NCBI GenBank assembly: GCA_020628165.1
Contig: JAHDFM010000008.1
Span: 2,247-66,246 of the forward strand
Direction: 5' to 3'
DNA length: 64,000 nt
From: Bdellovibrionales bacterium
Lineage (GTDB): Bacteria > Bdellovibrionota > Bdellovibrionia > Bdellovibrionales > UBA1609
Shown here: positions 62,678 through 64,000 of the stretch, piece after piece
Position numbering within the stretch: position 1 is the first letter of the stretch
Layout of the letters: every line of letters starts with the position of its first letter
Made by a program: the position numbers and the translations under genes
Notes under the pieces: generated by a model
Database searches by the model: none
What the model was told of the DNA's origin: nothing
Seen by the model: only the letters and a program-made list of their open reading frames with translations

Positions 62678-63559
62678 ATGTTAAGTATGACCGGATTTGG
62701 TATTGCTAAAATTTCACTGCCTGAGAGCGAGCTTGTTATACAAGTTAAGTCTGTGAACTCGCGCTTTTTAGATATTAAAATCAACTTACCACGAGACTAT
62801 CAATTTTTTGAAAAAGACGTGCGAGAGCTTATTAAAAAGAATTTGTCCCGCGGCAACGTTGAAGTTTATTGTTCTAAAAGAAACTCCGCTAAAAAAAGTA
62901 AAACCGAAATTAAAGTCGATAAAGAGCTCGCGAAAAAATGGCTCACAGGGTTTAACAAACTCAAAAAAGAGCTCAATTTAAAAGATGAAAAGCCATTATT
63001 ATTAGATGTGATCAAGTCAGTTCCTGTGTTGTCTTTACATGAAGACAAAAGTGTTTCAGCCAGTGAAAAGAAACAATTTTTAAAAACCATGAAAGATGCG
63101 GTGACAGCTTGTTTAGCCGAGCGCAAGCGCGAGGGCGCAGCTCTTAAAACAAGTATCAAAGCTCAGTTACAAGTGTTGTTTAAAGAAACTCAGAGCATTG
63201 AAAAAAACAGGGAAAAAGCCAACAAAGAGATCGCCCAAAGAATTTTAGATAAGTTTAAAAAAATCAACAGTGATTTGAGTTTAGATACGGCACGAATCGC
63301 GCAAGAAACTTCGCTCTTGGTTGAAAAATCAGATATCAACGAAGAGTTGGTTCGCTTGCAAGAGCATATTTCAGAGTGCAAAAAACTGCTCAATAAAACA
63401 GGGCGCGTCGGTAAAAAGTTAGATTTTTACTCGCAAGAGATGCTACGCGAGGTGAATACCATAGGTTCAAAGTCACAAGTGAAGCAGCTCACCCATTCAG
63501 TGGTGAACTGCAAAAGTGTGATCGAACAAATTAGAGAACAGGTGCAAAACGTAGAATGA
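62678..63559 (+). CDS. yicC: YicC-family stress-induced protein (endoribonuclease)
   Basis: MLSMTGFG N-terminus, C-terminal DINEELVRLQEHI and LDFYSQEMLREVNTIGSKS motifs. Confidence 0.9.
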   Translation: MLSMTGFGIAKISLPESELVIQVKSVNSRFLDIKINLPRDYQFFEKDVRELIKKNLSRGNVEVYCSKRNSAKKSKTEIKVDKELAKKWLTGFNKLKKELNLKDEKPLLLDVIKSVPVLSLHEDKSVSASEKKQFLKTMKDAVTACLAERKREGAALKTSIKAQLQVLFKETQSIEKNREKANKEIAQRILDKFKKINSDLSLDTARIAQETSLLVEKSDINEELVRLQEHISECKKLLNKTGRVGKKLDFYSQEMLREVNTIGSKSQVKQLTHSVVNCKSVIEQIREQVQNVE

Positions 63560-64000
63560 GTGACAGCAAAAGTTATATCTTTATTGTTGTTGGGCCGAGT
63601 GGGGCAGGAAAATCAAGTTTTCTTGAGAGAATTATCGTAGACCGTCCTGAGATCATTGATACGGTCACCAACACGACGCGGTCCATGCGTCCTGGTGAGC
63701 AACAAGGTCAGCCCTATGATTTTATTTCTAAACAAGAGTTTGAGTCGCGCATCAAGCAAGACCTTTATATTGAGTGGGCCAAAGTGCACGACAATTACTA
63801 CGGCACCCCAAAAAGTGAAATCAAACGCATTCAAAGTATTGGAAAGTCCATTATCATGGATGTCGATATCCAAGGAGCGCGCAGCTTTAAAGAGTATGCC
63901 CCTGAATCAATCAGCTTTTTTATTCTACCGCCATCAATAGATGTTTTGCGTCAAAGAGTGAAGTCCCGTGACGGAGCCTCTTTGAGCGAAGAGCAACTGG
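63556..64000 (+). CDS. gmk: Guanylate kinase (3' end beyond window)
   Basis: ATGA overlap with the yicC stop. My translation is MSDSKSYIFIVVGPSGAGKSSFLERII...TTRSMRPGEQQGQPYDFISKQEF...EWAKVHDNYYGTPK. It stays open to the window end and is not in the ORF track. Confidence 0.9.
   Translation, partial: MSDSKSYIFIVVGPSGAGKSSFLERIIVDRPEIIDTVTNTTRSMRPGEQQGQPYDFISKQEFESRIKQDLYIEWAKVHDNYYGTPKSEIKRIQSIGKSIIMDVDIQGARSFKEYAPESISFFILPPSIDVLRQRVKSRDGASLSEEQL

Overview
This 64-kb window is an AT-rich chromosomal segment from a Gram-negative bacterium. It carries lpxC, an lptF/G-type permease, a TolC/RND efflux pair and many beta-barrel outer-membrane proteins. The gene content and the large number of secreted hydrolases and PilZ-type proteins suggest a Bdellovibrio-like predator (Bacteriovoracaceae or a relative). 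That taxonomic call is an inference and has not been verified.

Housekeeping blocks, in order:
- lpxC, ald, a two-ORF comEC, dprA, lptF/G and trxA.
- mreC-mreD-mrdA-rodA, with no mreB next to it.
- ppiD and tdk.
- An OMF-RND-tetR efflux operon.
- tRNA-Leu(CAA).
- The conserved rimP-nusA-infB-rbfA-truB / rpsO-pnp block, followed by an M16 peptidase.
- mutL-miaA and yicC-gmk.

Between these blocks lie accessory regions that encode secreted or lipoproteins of unknown function.

Most notable observations:
1. A subtilase fused through one transmembrane helix to a C-terminal PilZ domain.
2. Two adjacent giant secreted proteins that share a distinctive FN3 module. One of them is a gluconolactonase-like propeller + FN3 + GH16 + FN3 mosaic.
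3. A tRNA-Leu-adjacent islet of small secreted-protein genes, each flanked by copies of a nested-palindrome repeat.
4. Several other unusual structured intergenic repeat elements: a GC-rich 114-nt hairpin, a 35-bp unit present as 2 direct + 1 inverted copies, and TCATCCTGAGC..GCGAAGG repeats.
5. An efflux operon with no periplasmic adaptor gene, and twin perfect CAAACGTTTG palindromes bracketing its promoter.

No transposase, integrase, phage gene, CRISPR array or recognisable defence system was seen.
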